In this document: positions 36,228 through 46,025 of the stretch, one piece after another
How the letters are laid out: every line of letters starts with the position of its first letter
Numbering within the stretch: the first letter of the stretch is position 1
The notes under the pieces: model-generated
Databases searched by the model: none
Seen by the model: only the letters and a program-made list of their open reading frames with translations
Told to the model about the DNA's origin: nothing
Translations under genes and position numbers: made by a program
Assembly (NCBI GenBank): GCA_963756655.1
Contig: CAVWOQ010000038.1
Span: 7,178 to 71,177 of the forward strand
Source of the DNA: an uncultured Solirubrobacterales bacterium
Lineage (GTDB): Bacteria > Actinomycetota > Thermoleophilia > Solirubrobacterales > Solirubrobacteraceae
DNA length: 64,000 nt
Reading direction: 5' to 3'

Positions 36228-36596
36228 ATGGATTACAAGCTCGAGCTGGTGGCGGTCCCGGTTTCGGACGTCGATCGCGCGAAGGCGTTCTACGAGCGGG
36301 CTGGCTTCAACGCCGACCACGACCATGCGGTCAGCGACGAGATCCGCTTCGTCCAGCTGACGCCGCCGGGATCGGCGTGCTCGATCGCGATCGGCAAGGG
36401 CCTCACGCAGGCTCAGCCCGGGTCGGTCGAGGGCATGCAGATGACGGTCGCGGATGCCGACGCGGCGCGCACCGAGCTGCAGCAACGGGGCGTCGAGGTA
36501 TCAGATATCGAGGAGTTCCCGTGGGGCCGGTTCGTGTTCTTCAGTGATCCCGACGGAAACAAGTGGGCGCTGCAGGAGCTGCCGACGCGAGGCTGA
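36228..36596 (+). CDS. VOC/glyoxalase family protein
   Basis: LELVAVPVSDVDRAKAFY, VQLTPPGS, FSDPDGNKWALQE; AGGAAAGGA SD. Confidence 0.92.
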   Translation: MDYKLELVAVPVSDVDRAKAFYERAGFNADHDHAVSDEIRFVQLTPPGSACSIAIGKGLTQAQPGSVEGMQMTVADADAARTELQQRGVEVSDIEEFPWGRFVFFSDPDGNKWALQELPTRG

Positions 36597-36642
36597 GCGC
36601 GTGTGCGCCGCGCCGCGCGGCGCCGCGGTCCGACAGTCGAGG

Positions 36643-36816
36643 TCAGACGCTCAAGCAGGCCCGGTCAAGTCCCGCCCGCTTGGCGTCGTAGAGCGCGCGG
36701 TCGGCGCGGGCGATGACCGAGTCCGATGACTCGTTCCGGACCCATGCCAGCAGGGCCACCGCCGCGAACGGCAGCAGGCCGGCCGTGATCCGTCGAATTG
36801 CGCGATCGACGCTCAT
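36643..36816 (-). pseudogene. Internally deleted diguanylate cyclase remnant
   Basis: Hydrophobic N-terminus (AGLLPFAAVALLAWV) fused directly to the GGDEF-domain tail ESSDSVIARADRALYDAKRAG. Confidence 0.6.
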
Positions 36817-36863
36817 GCCCGGGCCTATCGGCGCGCTGCGCTGGAAACCTGAGCTTTCAGCGC

Positions 36864-38258
36864 CTAGGTCGGCGCTGGCGTTGGCGCGTTGGCCCGGCGG
36901 CCGCCGAGGCCGAGCGGCACCAGCGCCAGCAGGCTCAGCAGCGCGCACAGCAGCAATGGCTCGCGGAAGCAGCGCGTGACGGCGCGGACAACGATCTCCT
37001 CGACCTGCGTCTCGAGCGCTGCCAGCGTCAGTCGGGTCGACGCGCTGGCTCCGGCGGCGGCGCGTGCGAACGGCGGTCCGAGGTCTGGCAGCTGGCTCTG
37101 GGGCGCCTTTGCGCTGGCGGACACGAGCCCGGCCCCGAGCTCGAACTTGGTCGCAAGCGAAACGGGCGCCTCGACCACCGCTTTGGTGATCGGCGGGGTC
37201 GCGCGCCCCTGAGCCCCGCCGAGCTGGTTGACGAAAATCGGCGTCAGCAAGACCAGCCCCAGCACCAGGCCGCCCTCGCGCGCAGCGACCGTCCGTGCGG
37301 CGCGCGCGACGAGCGGACCATGCGTCTCGAGCGCGGCCGTCGTCAGCGATGGGAACGCCAGCCCGAGCCCCGCGCCGCAGAGCCCGAGGGCGATCAGAGC
37401 CGGTACGAGCTCGCGGTGCGAGATCAGCGCCAACAGCGCGAGCCCGGCCGAGAGCACGATCGCACCCGCTGCCGCGGTCGCGCGTTCGGGGCGGGTCTCG
37501 GCAAGCTGCCCGGTCACGGCGGTCATGATCGGGATCGCGGCCAGTGCCGCAGCGGCGCCGAGCGGGCTCAGCTGCCAGACGTTGATCAGCAGCACGGTCG
37601 CGAGGAACAGCGCCCCGATCAGCGCCGCCGACAGAAGCGCCAACGACACGTTCGCGAGCACCGGGGAGAGCTCACGGCGCTCGCTCAGCGGTGGCTCGGG
37701 GTCGCTCGCCGCGTCTGGCTGCACGCCGGCGACGATCGCCATCACCGCCGCTACGGCGGCGACCGGCGCCTGGGCGAAGAAGATCGCGCGCCAGTCGAAC
37801 AACTGCGTCAGGATCCCGCCGGCTGCCGGACCGAGGGCGGCTCCGATCGCCGCAGTCGCCGCCCAGCGGTGCAACGAGTTGCCACTGCCGGTGAACAGCG
37901 GCAGCGAGGCACATACGAGCAGCGCCGCGCCGGCCCCCTGGACGCACCGGAACACGATCAACACCGTCAGGTCGCCGGCGGCGCCAGAGCCCAACGACGC
38001 TAGCCCGAAGATCGCCAGCCCGGTGACAAGGGCCGCACGGGATGCGAGCCGGGTGGCAAACGGAACGATCAGGAGCGTGCAGGCGATGAACGACAGGTTG
38101 TAGGCGGTGATCACCCACGTCACATGCGAGATCGAGGTGTGCAACCGGATCACTATCTGCGGCAGCGCCAGCACCACGACCGACGCGTCGGCAAACGCGA
38201 GCGCGATCGACAGGCTGATCGAGGCGCGCGCCCACCGCTGTGAGGGGCTGGCCGGCAT
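36864..38258 (-). CDS. MFS transporter
   Basis: ADASVVVLALP, SWVITAYNL-like segment, FRCVQGAGAA, LGPAAGGILTQLFDWRAIF. Confidence 0.88.
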   Translation of the reverse strand: MPASPSQRWARASISLSIALAFADASVVVLALPQIVIRLHTSISHVTWVITAYNLSFIACTLLIVPFATRLASRAALVTGLAIFGLASLGSGAAGDLTVLIVFRCVQGAGAALLVCASLPLFTGSGNSLHRWAATAAIGAALGPAAGGILTQLFDWRAIFFAQAPVAAVAAVMAIVAGVQPDAASDPEPPLSERRELSPVLANVSLALLSAALIGALFLATVLLINVWQLSPLGAAAALAAIPIMTAVTGQLAETRPERATAAAGAIVLSAGLALLALISHRELVPALIALGLCGAGLGLAFPSLTTAALETHGPLVARAARTVAAREGGLVLGLVLLTPIFVNQLGGAQGRATPPITKAVVEAPVSLATKFELGAGLVSASAKAPQSQLPDLGPPFARAAAGASASTRLTLAALETQVEEIVVRAVTRCFREPLLLCALLSLLALVPLGLGGRRANAPTPAPT

Positions 38259-38388
38259 CGGTTAGGGCGCAGCCTATGGAAAGGCGGCCGGGTCGGGTTA
38301 ACCCCACCGCGAAAGCCGGGGGCCAGCGCGAGTGCGAACTCCCGCGCGCTCCAGCGACGCGGAGCTTCGCGGGCGCGAGGCTGCGGTC

Positions 38389-40611
38389 ATGTCAATCAAA
38401 GCTCCACACACCCCACCGTCCGGCCGGCACGCCGACGCCGGACTGCTCGCGCGAGTCGTGCGAGTCGCGGCCAGCGCTTCGGCGCGCCGCCCGAAGACGA
38501 CGGTCGCATTCTGGTTCGCGCTGATCACGGCGTGCGTCGCGCTCGGCACCCTGAGCGGGATGCGCACGCTGAGCAACTCGGGCTCCGGGACGGGCGAGTC
38601 GGCCCGTGCCGACGCCAGGCTGGCGGCCTCGGGCCTCACGGGGCCGACGACCGAAGACGTGCTGGTCCGCTCGCCGAGCGCGGCGCGGACGGCGGCCGCC
38701 GTCGCGACCTTGGAGGCCGGAGCGCGGCGACTGCCCGACACGCTCAGGGTTCAGGGACCTCAGAGCTCGCCCGAGCTGTCACGCGACGGTGGCCGCACGG
38801 CGCTGGTGGTCGCCTCGTTGCGTGGCGACACCTCGCAATCGGACGCCGGCGCGGCACGGCTCGAGCGATTGGTTTCATCGCTGTCGAGCCGCGACCGCGG
38901 CGTCAGCATGGTCGAGGCGGGGGCCGGCTCGGGCGACAACGCGATCAACCAGCTGGTCTCGAGCAGCCTGCACCGCGCGGAGCTGATCTCGATCCCGATC
39001 ACGCTGCTGATCCTCGTGCTCGCGTTCGGTGCGTTGGTCGCCGCGTCGGTGCCGCTGCTGCTGGGCCTGACTTCGGTCGGTGCGGCGCTGGGCGCGCTCG
39101 GGCTGGTGTCCCAGATCGCACCCGACGGCTCCTCGACGGCGCCGGTCGTCGTCCTGATCGGCCTCGCGGTCGGGGTTGACTACTCGCTGTTCTACATCCG
39201 GCGTGAGCGCGCCGAGCGCCGCGCAGGCGCGAGCGTCGAGGCGGCGCTGGCGGCCACGTCGGCGACCGTCGGGCGCGCGATCCTGGTCGCCGGTGCGACC
39301 GTCGTGATCGGGCTCGCCGGGCTCCTGTTCACCGGCGTCGGCGTGTTCACGTCGATGGCGTTGGGGGCGATCCTGGTGGTCGCGATCGCGGTCGTAGGCT
39401 CGCTGACGGTGCTGCCGGCGATGCTGACGCTGCTGGGCGACCGGGTCGACCGAGGCCGGCTCTGGGCCCGCCGCCCGCGCCGCCGTCGCACGGTCTGGCA
39501 GCTCCTGGCGACGGCTGTGACCGGACGACCCCGGGTCGCGCTGGTCGGCTCGCTGCTGCTGCTCGCGGTGCTCGCCATCCCGGTGCTCTCGATCCAGACC
39601 GCCGAGCCGGGCGAGAACGACGTCCCGGCCAACACGCCGATCCGCGTCGCCGAGCGCGCGATCAATCACGCCTTCCCGGGCTCTGGGGACACAGCCGATC
39701 TGGTCGTCAGCGGCCGGCGGCTCGGACGGCCACGGGCGCTCGCGCAGTTGCGGGCGATCGGCGAGCGAGGGCTCGCGATCACCGGCGGCCGCGGGACCGT
39801 GGCGCTCGAGGTCTCACGCGACGGCGGGACCGCGCAGCTCCAGATCCCGATCCCCGACAGCAGCCTCAGCGTCGCCAACGATCGAGTGCTGGCGTTGCGC
39901 CGGCAGCTCGAGCCGGCCGTCGCGAGCGCGATCCCGGGGGCTCGGGCAGCGCTGACCGGTGACTACGCCGGCAACCTCGACTTCTCGAGCCGTCTGTCGA
40001 GCGTCACGCCGATCGTGATCGCGTTCGTCCTTGGCCTGGCGTTCATCCTGCTGGTGGCGACCTTCGGCTCGCCGCTGCTGGCGCTGTCGGTGATCGGCCT
40101 GAACCTGATGTCGGTCGGAGCCGCGTTCGGCGTGCTGGTCGCGGTCTTCCAATACGGCTGGGGCCAGTCGCTGCTCGGTTTCCAGTCAGACGGCGCGGTC
40201 GTCGAGTGGCTCCCACTGTTCGCGTTCGTCGTGCTGTTCGGCCTCTCGATGGACTACACGGTGCTGGTGCTGGAGCGGGCTCGCGAGGCGCGACGCGCGG
40301 GCGCCGGCGCCAGGCAGGCGGCGGCCGAGGCGCTGAGCTCGACGGGTGGCACGGTGACGAGCGCCGCGGTCGTGATGATCGCCGTGTTCTCCGTGTTCGC
40401 GACGCTACCGCTGCTCGAGTTCAAGCAGCTCGGCGTCGGTCTGGCCGCGGCGATCGCGCTTGACGCGACGCTCGTGCGGGGTGTCGCGCTGCCGGCCGTG
40501 GTCACGTTGCTCGGCGATCGCGGCCTGGCGCCGAGCCGGGCGCGCGGTGCGCGCGTGCCGGACTGGGATCATGGTGTCCATGTCGCAGCGCTCGGGTCGA
40601 GCCATGACTAA
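38389..40611 (+). CDS. MMPL/RND family transporter
   Basis: LAFGALVAA, AVGVDYSLFY, FGLSMDY, LDATLVRGVALPA. Confidence 0.92.
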   Translation: MSIKAPHTPPSGRHADAGLLARVVRVAASASARRPKTTVAFWFALITACVALGTLSGMRTLSNSGSGTGESARADARLAASGLTGPTTEDVLVRSPSAARTAAAVATLEAGARRLPDTLRVQGPQSSPELSRDGGRTALVVASLRGDTSQSDAGAARLERLVSSLSSRDRGVSMVEAGAGSGDNAINQLVSSSLHRAELISIPITLLILVLAFGALVAASVPLLLGLTSVGAALGALGLVSQIAPDGSSTAPVVVLIGLAVGVDYSLFYIRRERAERRAGASVEAALAATSATVGRAILVAGATVVIGLAGLLFTGVGVFTSMALGAILVVAIAVVGSLTVLPAMLTLLGDRVDRGRLWARRPRRRRTVWQLLATAVTGRPRVALVGSLLLLAVLAIPVLSIQTAEPGENDVPANTPIRVAERAINHAFPGSGDTADLVVSGRRLGRPRALAQLRAIGERGLAITGGRGTVALEVSRDGGTAQLQIPIPDSSLSVANDRVLALRRQLEPAVASAIPGARAALTGDYAGNLDFSSRLSSVTPIVIAFVLGLAFILLVATFGSPLLALSVIGLNLMSVGAAFGVLVAVFQYGWGQSLLGFQSDGAVVEWLPLFAFVVLFGLSMDYTVLVLERAREARRAGAGARQAAAEALSSTGGTVTSAAVVMIAVFSVFATLPLLEFKQLGVGLAAAIALDATLVRGVALPAVVTLLGDRGLAPSRARGARVPDWDHGVHVAALGSSHD

Positions 40612-41602
40612 CAGCTCCGAGCAGCGGTCGGCGCTGCAGCGGGCGGTGGTGACGCCGCCCGCTGTCCTGTGCGTGTCGCTCGTGATCATCTGGCTGTTCA
40701 CCGGCGCGGGTTACTTCTGGCCGATGTGGGCCGTGCTGGGGATCGCGATCCCGACCGGGCTGTGGGTGGCTTGGCGGTGGGCGAAGACGCAGCCGGGTGG
40801 CACGAGCCGCCGCTACGCGATCCACGCGGGCGTCTCCTGCGTCCTCGCCGCGACGGTGATCGCGGTCTGGGCGATGGCGGGTGCCGGCAACTTCTGGCCG
40901 ATCTACCCGCTCGTCGGGTTAGGCGCCCTGCTCGCGCTGCACCGCGCGTTCCTGGGTCCTGGCCAGCGCTCGCTGCAGATCCGGGTTGACGAACTGACCC
41001 GGACCCGCAGCGGGGCGCTCGACGTGCAGGCATCGGAGCTGCGGCGGATCGAGCGCGACCTGCACGACGGGGCGCAGGCACGGCTGGTGGCGCTCAGCAT
41101 GCAGCTCGGTCGCGCCGAAGAGCGGCTCGCCGACCACCCGGAGAGCGCCGCGCTGGTCCGCAGCGCTCGGGAGGAGGCGACTGCCGCGATCGCCGAACTG
41201 CGCGATCTGGCGCGCGGGATCGCCCCGCCGGTCCTGGCCGACCGCGGGCTCGTCGCCGCCGTGCAGTCGCTCGCCAACCGCTCGAGCGCGGTCGTCGAGG
41301 TCAAGGGCGAGCTCGCACGCCGGCCGCCGCCGGTGGTCGAGGCGGCCGCCTACTTCGTGGTCGCCGAGTCGCTCACCAACGTCGTCAAGCACGCCCCGGG
41401 AGCGGCCGCCCGGGTGACCGTCAGCCAGGACGGCGCGATGCTCGTCGTCGAGGTCGCCGACAACGGCCCCGGGGGCGCCGTTCCGTCCGGCGGCGGACTG
41501 ACCGGGCTGCGCCAGCGTGTCGAGGCGCTCGACGGCCGGCTCGACGTCCACAGCGTCAAGGGCGAAGGGACCGTCGTCTGGGCCGTGCTGCCGTGCGAGT
41601 AG
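40604..41602 (+). CDS. Sensor histidine kinase (HisKA_3 type)
   Basis: RIERDLHDGAQARL, ESLTNVVKHA, VADNGPGG, GLTGLRQRV. Confidence 0.93.
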   Translation: MTNSSEQRSALQRAVVTPPAVLCVSLVIIWLFTGAGYFWPMWAVLGIAIPTGLWVAWRWAKTQPGGTSRRYAIHAGVSCVLAATVIAVWAMAGAGNFWPIYPLVGLGALLALHRAFLGPGQRSLQIRVDELTRTRSGALDVQASELRRIERDLHDGAQARLVALSMQLGRAEERLADHPESAALVRSAREEATAAIAELRDLARGIAPPVLADRGLVAAVQSLANRSSAVVEVKGELARRPPPVVEAAAYFVVAESLTNVVKHAPGAAARVTVSQDGAMLVVEVADNGPGGAVPSGGGLTGLRQRVEALDGRLDVHSVKGEGTVVWAVLPCE

Positions 41603-42252
41603 TCATCGTCGAGGATCAGGCGCTGCTGCGTGAAGGGATCGTGGCGCTGCTCGCCGAGAACGGGATCGAGGTCGTCGCGCAGGCAGACGACGGCCCCGGA
41701 CTGCTGCGGATCGTCGACGGCCACAAGCCGGACCTGGCGATCTGCGACGTGCGGCTGCCGCCGACCTTCACCGACGAGGGGATCCGCGCGGCGCTCGAAG
41801 CCCGCCGGCGCCACCCAGAGCTCGCCGTGCTCGTGCTCTCGCAGTACGTCGAGCCGGTCTACACCGGCGAGCTGCTGGCGGCCGGCGAGAGCGGCGTCGG
41901 CTACCTGCTCAAGGAGCGGGTGGCCGAGGTGAGGACGTTCATCGAATCGGTCAAGCGGGTCGCGGCCGGCGGCACCGCGCTCGATCGCGAGGTCGTCAGC
42001 GCGCTGATCGCCGACCGCGACCGGTCCGGCGGCGGCGAGCTCGACGCGCTGACGCCGCGCGAGCGCGAGACGCTCGAGCTGATCGCCCAAGGGCGGACCA
42101 ACGCGGCGATCGCGCGCGAGATGGTGGTCACGCTCGGCGCGGTCGAAAAACACGTGTCAAACATCTTCGCCAAGCTCGACCTGCCGGCCGGCGACGATGA
42201 CCACCGGCGGGTGCTGGCGGTGCTCGCCTACCTGCGCGCGACCGGGGGCTGA
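41593..42252 (+). CDS. NarL/LuxR-family response regulator
   Basis: VIVED, CDVRLPP, GYLLKERV, LTPRERETLELIAQGRTN. Confidence 0.95.
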   Translation: MRVVIVEDQALLREGIVALLAENGIEVVAQADDGPGLLRIVDGHKPDLAICDVRLPPTFTDEGIRAALEARRRHPELAVLVLSQYVEPVYTGELLAAGESGVGYLLKERVAEVRTFIESVKRVAAGGTALDREVVSALIADRDRSGGGELDALTPRERETLELIAQGRTNAAIAREMVVTLGAVEKHVSNIFAKLDLPAGDDDHRRVLAVLAYLRATGG

Positions 42253-42397
42253 GCTTTGCCGCGCCGGGGTGGACTTGCCGTCAGATGCGCGGACTGAATT
42301 CGACCCGAGTTCGATCCCTCGCCATATACGTCAGAGATCGAACGCGGCTCATCCGGCGCCGGCGAGCTCGTGCGCCCGGGGGCCGTACCCGTGGCGC

Positions 42398-42421
42398 GTG
42401 AACCACCTCGCGAGCGGGTAG
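42398..42421 (+). promoter_or_regulatory. Putative SigB/SigF-type promoter GTGA-N14-GGGTAG
   Basis: 10 nt upstream of ATG 42432. Confidence 0.45.
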
Positions 42422-42431
42422 AGCGACACAT

Positions 42432-42659
42432 ATGACCGTAGTCGACCTGTTCACGCGGCTCGAAGTTCCGCAGCCGACCGAGCCACCGACGCCGGTGGTC
42501 CCCGACGCCCCGGTGACCCCGATCGATCCCGACCCTGGCACCCCGGCCGACCCCGCGGAGCCGCTGATCGTGCCGGTGCCGCAGGAGGAGCCGACGCCGG
42601 TCGATCCGGAGACGAACCCGCAGCCCGAGCCTGAACCCGAGCCGGACGCCGCAGCCTAG
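42432..42659 (+). CDS. Small Pro/Glu/Asp-rich, probably disordered protein
   Basis: MTVVDLFTRLEVPQPTEPPTPVVPDAP...PEPEPEPDAAA; promoter match upstream. Confidence 0.55.
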   Translation: MTVVDLFTRLEVPQPTEPPTPVVPDAPVTPIDPDPGTPADPAEPLIVPVPQEEPTPVDPETNPQPEPEPEPDAAA

Positions 42660-44299
42660 TAGCGCGTGAGCATCGAGCGTCCTCGGCCAAGGCGGAGCGA
42701 GGCGAGCGGAGGGCGCTCTGAAACCGGGATCGAGGCTATCGCGCCGTCCGCCCACGGCCGTCGATAGGTGCCGCCGATCACAGCGTGGTGGTCGCGTCGG
42801 CACTCGACGGCCGCCAGCACCGCGTAGGCCATCTCACCCAGCGCGCGCAGTGGCTGGTGGCGATTCTGGCGGCTGCCGAGGTCGCACTCCGCGAGCGCAT
42901 CGAGGCCGTCGCGACGCAGTGCGTCGATCAGGACCGCGATCTCGACCCCGTACCCGCTCGGGAACGGGATCGCCTCCAGCAGCGATCGGCGGGCGGACAG
43001 CTCGCCGGCCAGCGGCTGCGCAAACCCGGCCAGCCGCGGCTGATGCATGTTGAGCAGCGGGCGCGCCATCAGCTCGGTGACGCGGCCGCCCTCGTTGGGG
43101 AGGCTGGCGCCGCCTGCCTGCCGTGGCCGCTCAAACGCCCCCTTGACGAGTTGCACGCCGTCGTCGCTGAGGATTGGCCCGAGCAACCCCTGCAGGTGAA
43201 GCGGGTCCGGATCCTGCGTGTCGCCGTCGAGAAAGCAGACGACATCGCCAGCGGTGATGCTCAGCGCGCGCCACATAGCGTCGCCCTTGCCGAGTGCCGG
43301 ACCCCAATCGTCCATGATCTCGTCCTGATCAACCGTCGTCGCGCCCGCCGCGGCGGCGACGGCGGCGGTCCCATCGACCGAGCCGGCGTCGACGACGATC
43401 AGCTCGTCGACGAGCCCATGCTCCGACAGCGGGCCGACCGTATGGCGCAAGATCGCCTCGATCGTGTCGGCGCACTCCTTGGTCGGGATCACGACGCTGA
43501 CCGATGTCGCCCCCTTGTGGGCAGCGAGCGATGAGAGGCTGAACTCGGCGGCGCGATAACGCCGGTGCTCGGCCCATAGCGAGACCTCGAGATCGACGGA
43601 CAGGCCGTGGGCGACCCGGCCCTGCGACCGTGCCGAAGTACGGACCCTGACGTCGCGCACGCGCCGGATCCGCACCCGGTGCTCTCCGAGGCGCCTGGCG
43701 AATGCAGCGTCCTCGAGCGCCGCCAGCGGCTCGAGGCCGCCGACTGCACGGTAGGTGGCGGCGGTGACCGCGAGCGAGGCGCCGGCGAAATGGTGATGCT
43801 CGGCTGCTGGGTCCAGACGCCGCACGCGCGCGAGCCGCTGTGCGGCGTCGCGTTCGCGGCGGGCGAGGACCGCGGCCGGCAGGTCCGCTTGCTGCGCCGG
43901 TTCGAGCTCGATCAAGCCGGCGATCGCGGTCGCGCCATCGCGGGCGTGGGCCAGCTGGCGCTCGAGCCAGTCGGGCGCCGGCCGCGAGTCGGCGTCGGTG
44001 CAGGCGATCAGCCCGTCGTTCGCGCCGAGCGCGAGCAGGCGCGCTGCGGCGGCGTCCATTCCCAGGCGCCGCGCGGCGCCCGAGCCCCCGCCCGGGCCAT
44101 CGAGCATCGTGATCGGCAGCTCGTTGCGCGTCGCGAAGCCGGCGACGACCTCGCGGGTGGCGTCCCGGCAGGCATCGATCACGACGATTGTCTCAAAGCT
44201 CTGGCGGCCGATCGTCTGGGAGGCCAGTGCCTGCAAACAGCTCGCGATCGTGTGTTCCTCGTCGCGCGCCGGGATCACGACGATGCATTTCAGCTCCAT
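42656..44299 (-). CDS. gpgS: Fusion: N-terminal GT2 glycosyltransferase + glucosyl-3-phosphoglycerate synthase domain
   Basis: N: VIPARDEE, CTDADS, HHHFAGAS; C: GKGDAMW, FLDGD, GGRVTELMARP, QPLAGE, YGVEIAVLID. Confidence 0.85.
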   Translation of the reverse strand: MELKCIVVIPARDEEHTIASCLQALASQTIGRQSFETIVVIDACRDATREVVAGFATRNELPITMLDGPGGGSGAARRLGMDAAAARLLALGANDGLIACTDADSRPAPDWLERQLAHARDGATAIAGLIELEPAQQADLPAAVLARRERDAAQRLARVRRLDPAAEHHHFAGASLAVTAATYRAVGGLEPLAALEDAAFARRLGEHRVRIRRVRDVRVRTSARSQGRVAHGLSVDLEVSLWAEHRRYRAAEFSLSSLAAHKGATSVSVVIPTKECADTIEAILRHTVGPLSEHGLVDELIVVDAGSVDGTAAVAAAAGATTVDQDEIMDDWGPALGKGDAMWRALSITAGDVVCFLDGDTQDPDPLHLQGLLGPILSDDGVQLVKGAFERPRQAGGASLPNEGGRVTELMARPLLNMHQPRLAGFAQPLAGELSARRSLLEAIPFPSGYGVEIAVLIDALRRDGLDALAECDLGSRQNRHQPLRALGEMAYAVLAAVECRRDHHAVIGGTYRRPWADGAIASIPVSERPPLASLRLGRGRSMLTRY

Positions 44300-45459
44300 G
44301 ATGCCCCGCCTGCGATCAGCTTCTGGCCGCGCTCGTATGCGTCGTCGAGTTCGTGGCTGAGGACCCCGACGAGCCGGGATTCGCGTCCATACCAGGCGCT
44401 GAATGACCCGTCTGACCCGCGCTCGAACCGGACCTCGTCATAGCCGTCGCCCCACGCGGCGTACTTGAGCGTCCGGCGCCCGATCGTCGACCAGAAGCCG
44501 GGCACGTCGTCCCAGCTGGCGTCAACCCCGGCAGCCGTCCGCCCAGCCACGCGGCCCTGCCCCAGGGCGTCGCCCCAGTGCTCGACGCGAAGCCTCCTTC
44601 CGGCCGCGACGTTCTCCGCCAGCGCGACGTCGCCAGCCGCCAGCACCCCGGCGGCCGACGTGCGCATGCCGGCGTCAGTGGGCACGGCACCGTCTTCGAT
44701 GTCCAAGCCCGCCGCGATCGCGAGATCGGATCGAGGCGAGACACCGGTCGCCATCACGACCAGATCACCGCCCGCCTGGCCGTCGCCGGTGTAGACCTCG
44801 AGCCGGCCGCCGGCTTGGGCGATCTTCGTGACCTCGGCCCCGAGCGCGAGCTCGACACCCAGGTCGTCGAGCCAGCCGGTGATCTCCGCCGCAGCCTGCG
44901 CGCCGAGGCGGCGCTCGTTGGGCGCTGGTTCGTCGGATACGAGCACCACCGGGTGACCGAGCAGGCGCAGCGAGGCCGCGATCTCGCAGCCGATGAATCC
45001 AGAGCCGACGACCACGACCGCGAGCCCCTTCTCGAGCTCGCTTCGCAGGTCGCGCAGATCGTCGAGCGAGCGCAGCACGCGAACGCGCGGGTCGTCGTTG
45101 CCCGGCACCGGGAGTCGCTTCGGCTCGGCGCCCGGTGCGAGTAGGCAGCTGGTGTAGCTCAGCGGCCGGCCTCCGGACAGCGTGACTTCGCGCTTGGTCG
45201 GGTCAAGCGCCACCGCACGGGCGCCGACGAGCCCGATCCTCTGCTCTACGAACCACCGTTCCTCCTCGAGCGCGAGCTCGCTCTCGCTGATCTCACCGCG
45301 GAGCAGGTCCTTGCTCAGCGGCGGCCGGTTGTACGGGATCCGTCGCTCCTCGCTGACCAGGGCGACCGGCCCCTTCCCGCCCGCCTGGCGGTAGGCGCGC
45401 GCGGCCGCCAGCCCGGCCGGGCCGCCGCCGATGACCAGCAGCTCGTAGTCGCTGCTCAC
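44290..45459 (-). CDS. FAD/NAD(P)-dependent ferredoxin-reductase-type oxidoreductase
   Basis: IGGGPAG, YNRPPLSK, VVGSGFIGCEIAASL, VLAAGDVA, RVEHW. Confidence 0.9.
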   Translation of the reverse strand: MSSDYELLVIGGGPAGLAAARAYRQAGGKGPVALVSEERRIPYNRPPLSKDLLRGEISESELALEEERWFVEQRIGLVGARAVALDPTKREVTLSGGRPLSYTSCLLAPGAEPKRLPVPGNDDPRVRVLRSLDDLRDLRSELEKGLAVVVVGSGFIGCEIAASLRLLGHPVVLVSDEPAPNERRLGAQAAAEITGWLDDLGVELALGAEVTKIAQAGGRLEVYTGDGQAGGDLVVMATGVSPRSDLAIAAGLDIEDGAVPTDAGMRTSAAGVLAAGDVALAENVAAGRRLRVEHWGDALGQGRVAGRTAAGVDASWDDVPGFWSTIGRRTLKYAAWGDGYDEVRFERGSDGSFSAWYGRESRLVGVLSHELDDAYERGQKLIAGGASWS

Positions 45460-46025
45460 GTCCGCTCCAATGCGTCGAGCAGGTAGTCGTCGGTCGTCGT
45501 GGAGGCGCGCGGCGCGAGCCATGGCTGGGCTCTGAGCGCCGAGTGGACCTGCGCGGCGGTGAACGGACGGTCGCGACCCGCCGGGCGCCAGTGCACGGCG
45601 ACGAGCCGGCCGCCCGGCCCCAGCACCCGCGCCAGCAGCGCGAGCGTCGCTTCAAGACTCTCGGGGCCGAGGTAATAAAGGATCTCCGAGGCAACGACGA
45701 GGTCGTAGCGCCGGCGCGGAACATCGTCGGGGATCGTGCCCACGATCACGTTGACCAGATCGGAGCCGCCGAGCCGCGATCGTGCCGCCGCCACCGCCGT
45801 CGGAGCGCCGTCGATCGTCGTCAAGCGCCGGCAGCGCGGTGCGAGCTGCTGACTGAACACGCCAATCGAGCCGCCCAGCTCGAGCGCACTCGAAAACGGC
45901 CCCGGTCCGCACGCCGCGAGCGTCGCCGTGTATTTGTCGCGCTCGTACGAGGAGCTCTGATAGCCCCACGGATCGGGGTCGGCGCGGTAGCGCGCCTCGA
46001 ATTCTGCCGGCGTCATCGCAGTCAT
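45456..46025 (-). CDS. NodS-like SAM-dependent methyltransferase
   Basis: FEARYRADPDPW..SSYERDKY, ALELGGSIG, VASEILYY, LVAVHW. Confidence 0.88.
   Translation of the reverse strand: MTAMTPAEFEARYRADPDPWGYQSSSYERDKYTATLAACGPGPFSSALELGGSIGVFSQQLAPRCRRLTTIDGAPTAVAAARSRLGGSDLVNVIVGTIPDDVPRRRYDLVVASEILYYLGPESLEATLALLARVLGPGGRLVAVHWRPAGRDRPFTAAQVHSALRAQPWLAPRASTTTDDYLLDALERT

Noticed and set aside
42295-42325. GAGTTCGATCCCTCGCCA, resembling a tRNA T-arm and CCA end (possible att site)
   Set aside because: Only a 4-bp stem, no acceptor or anticodon arms can be folded, and no integrase is nearby.
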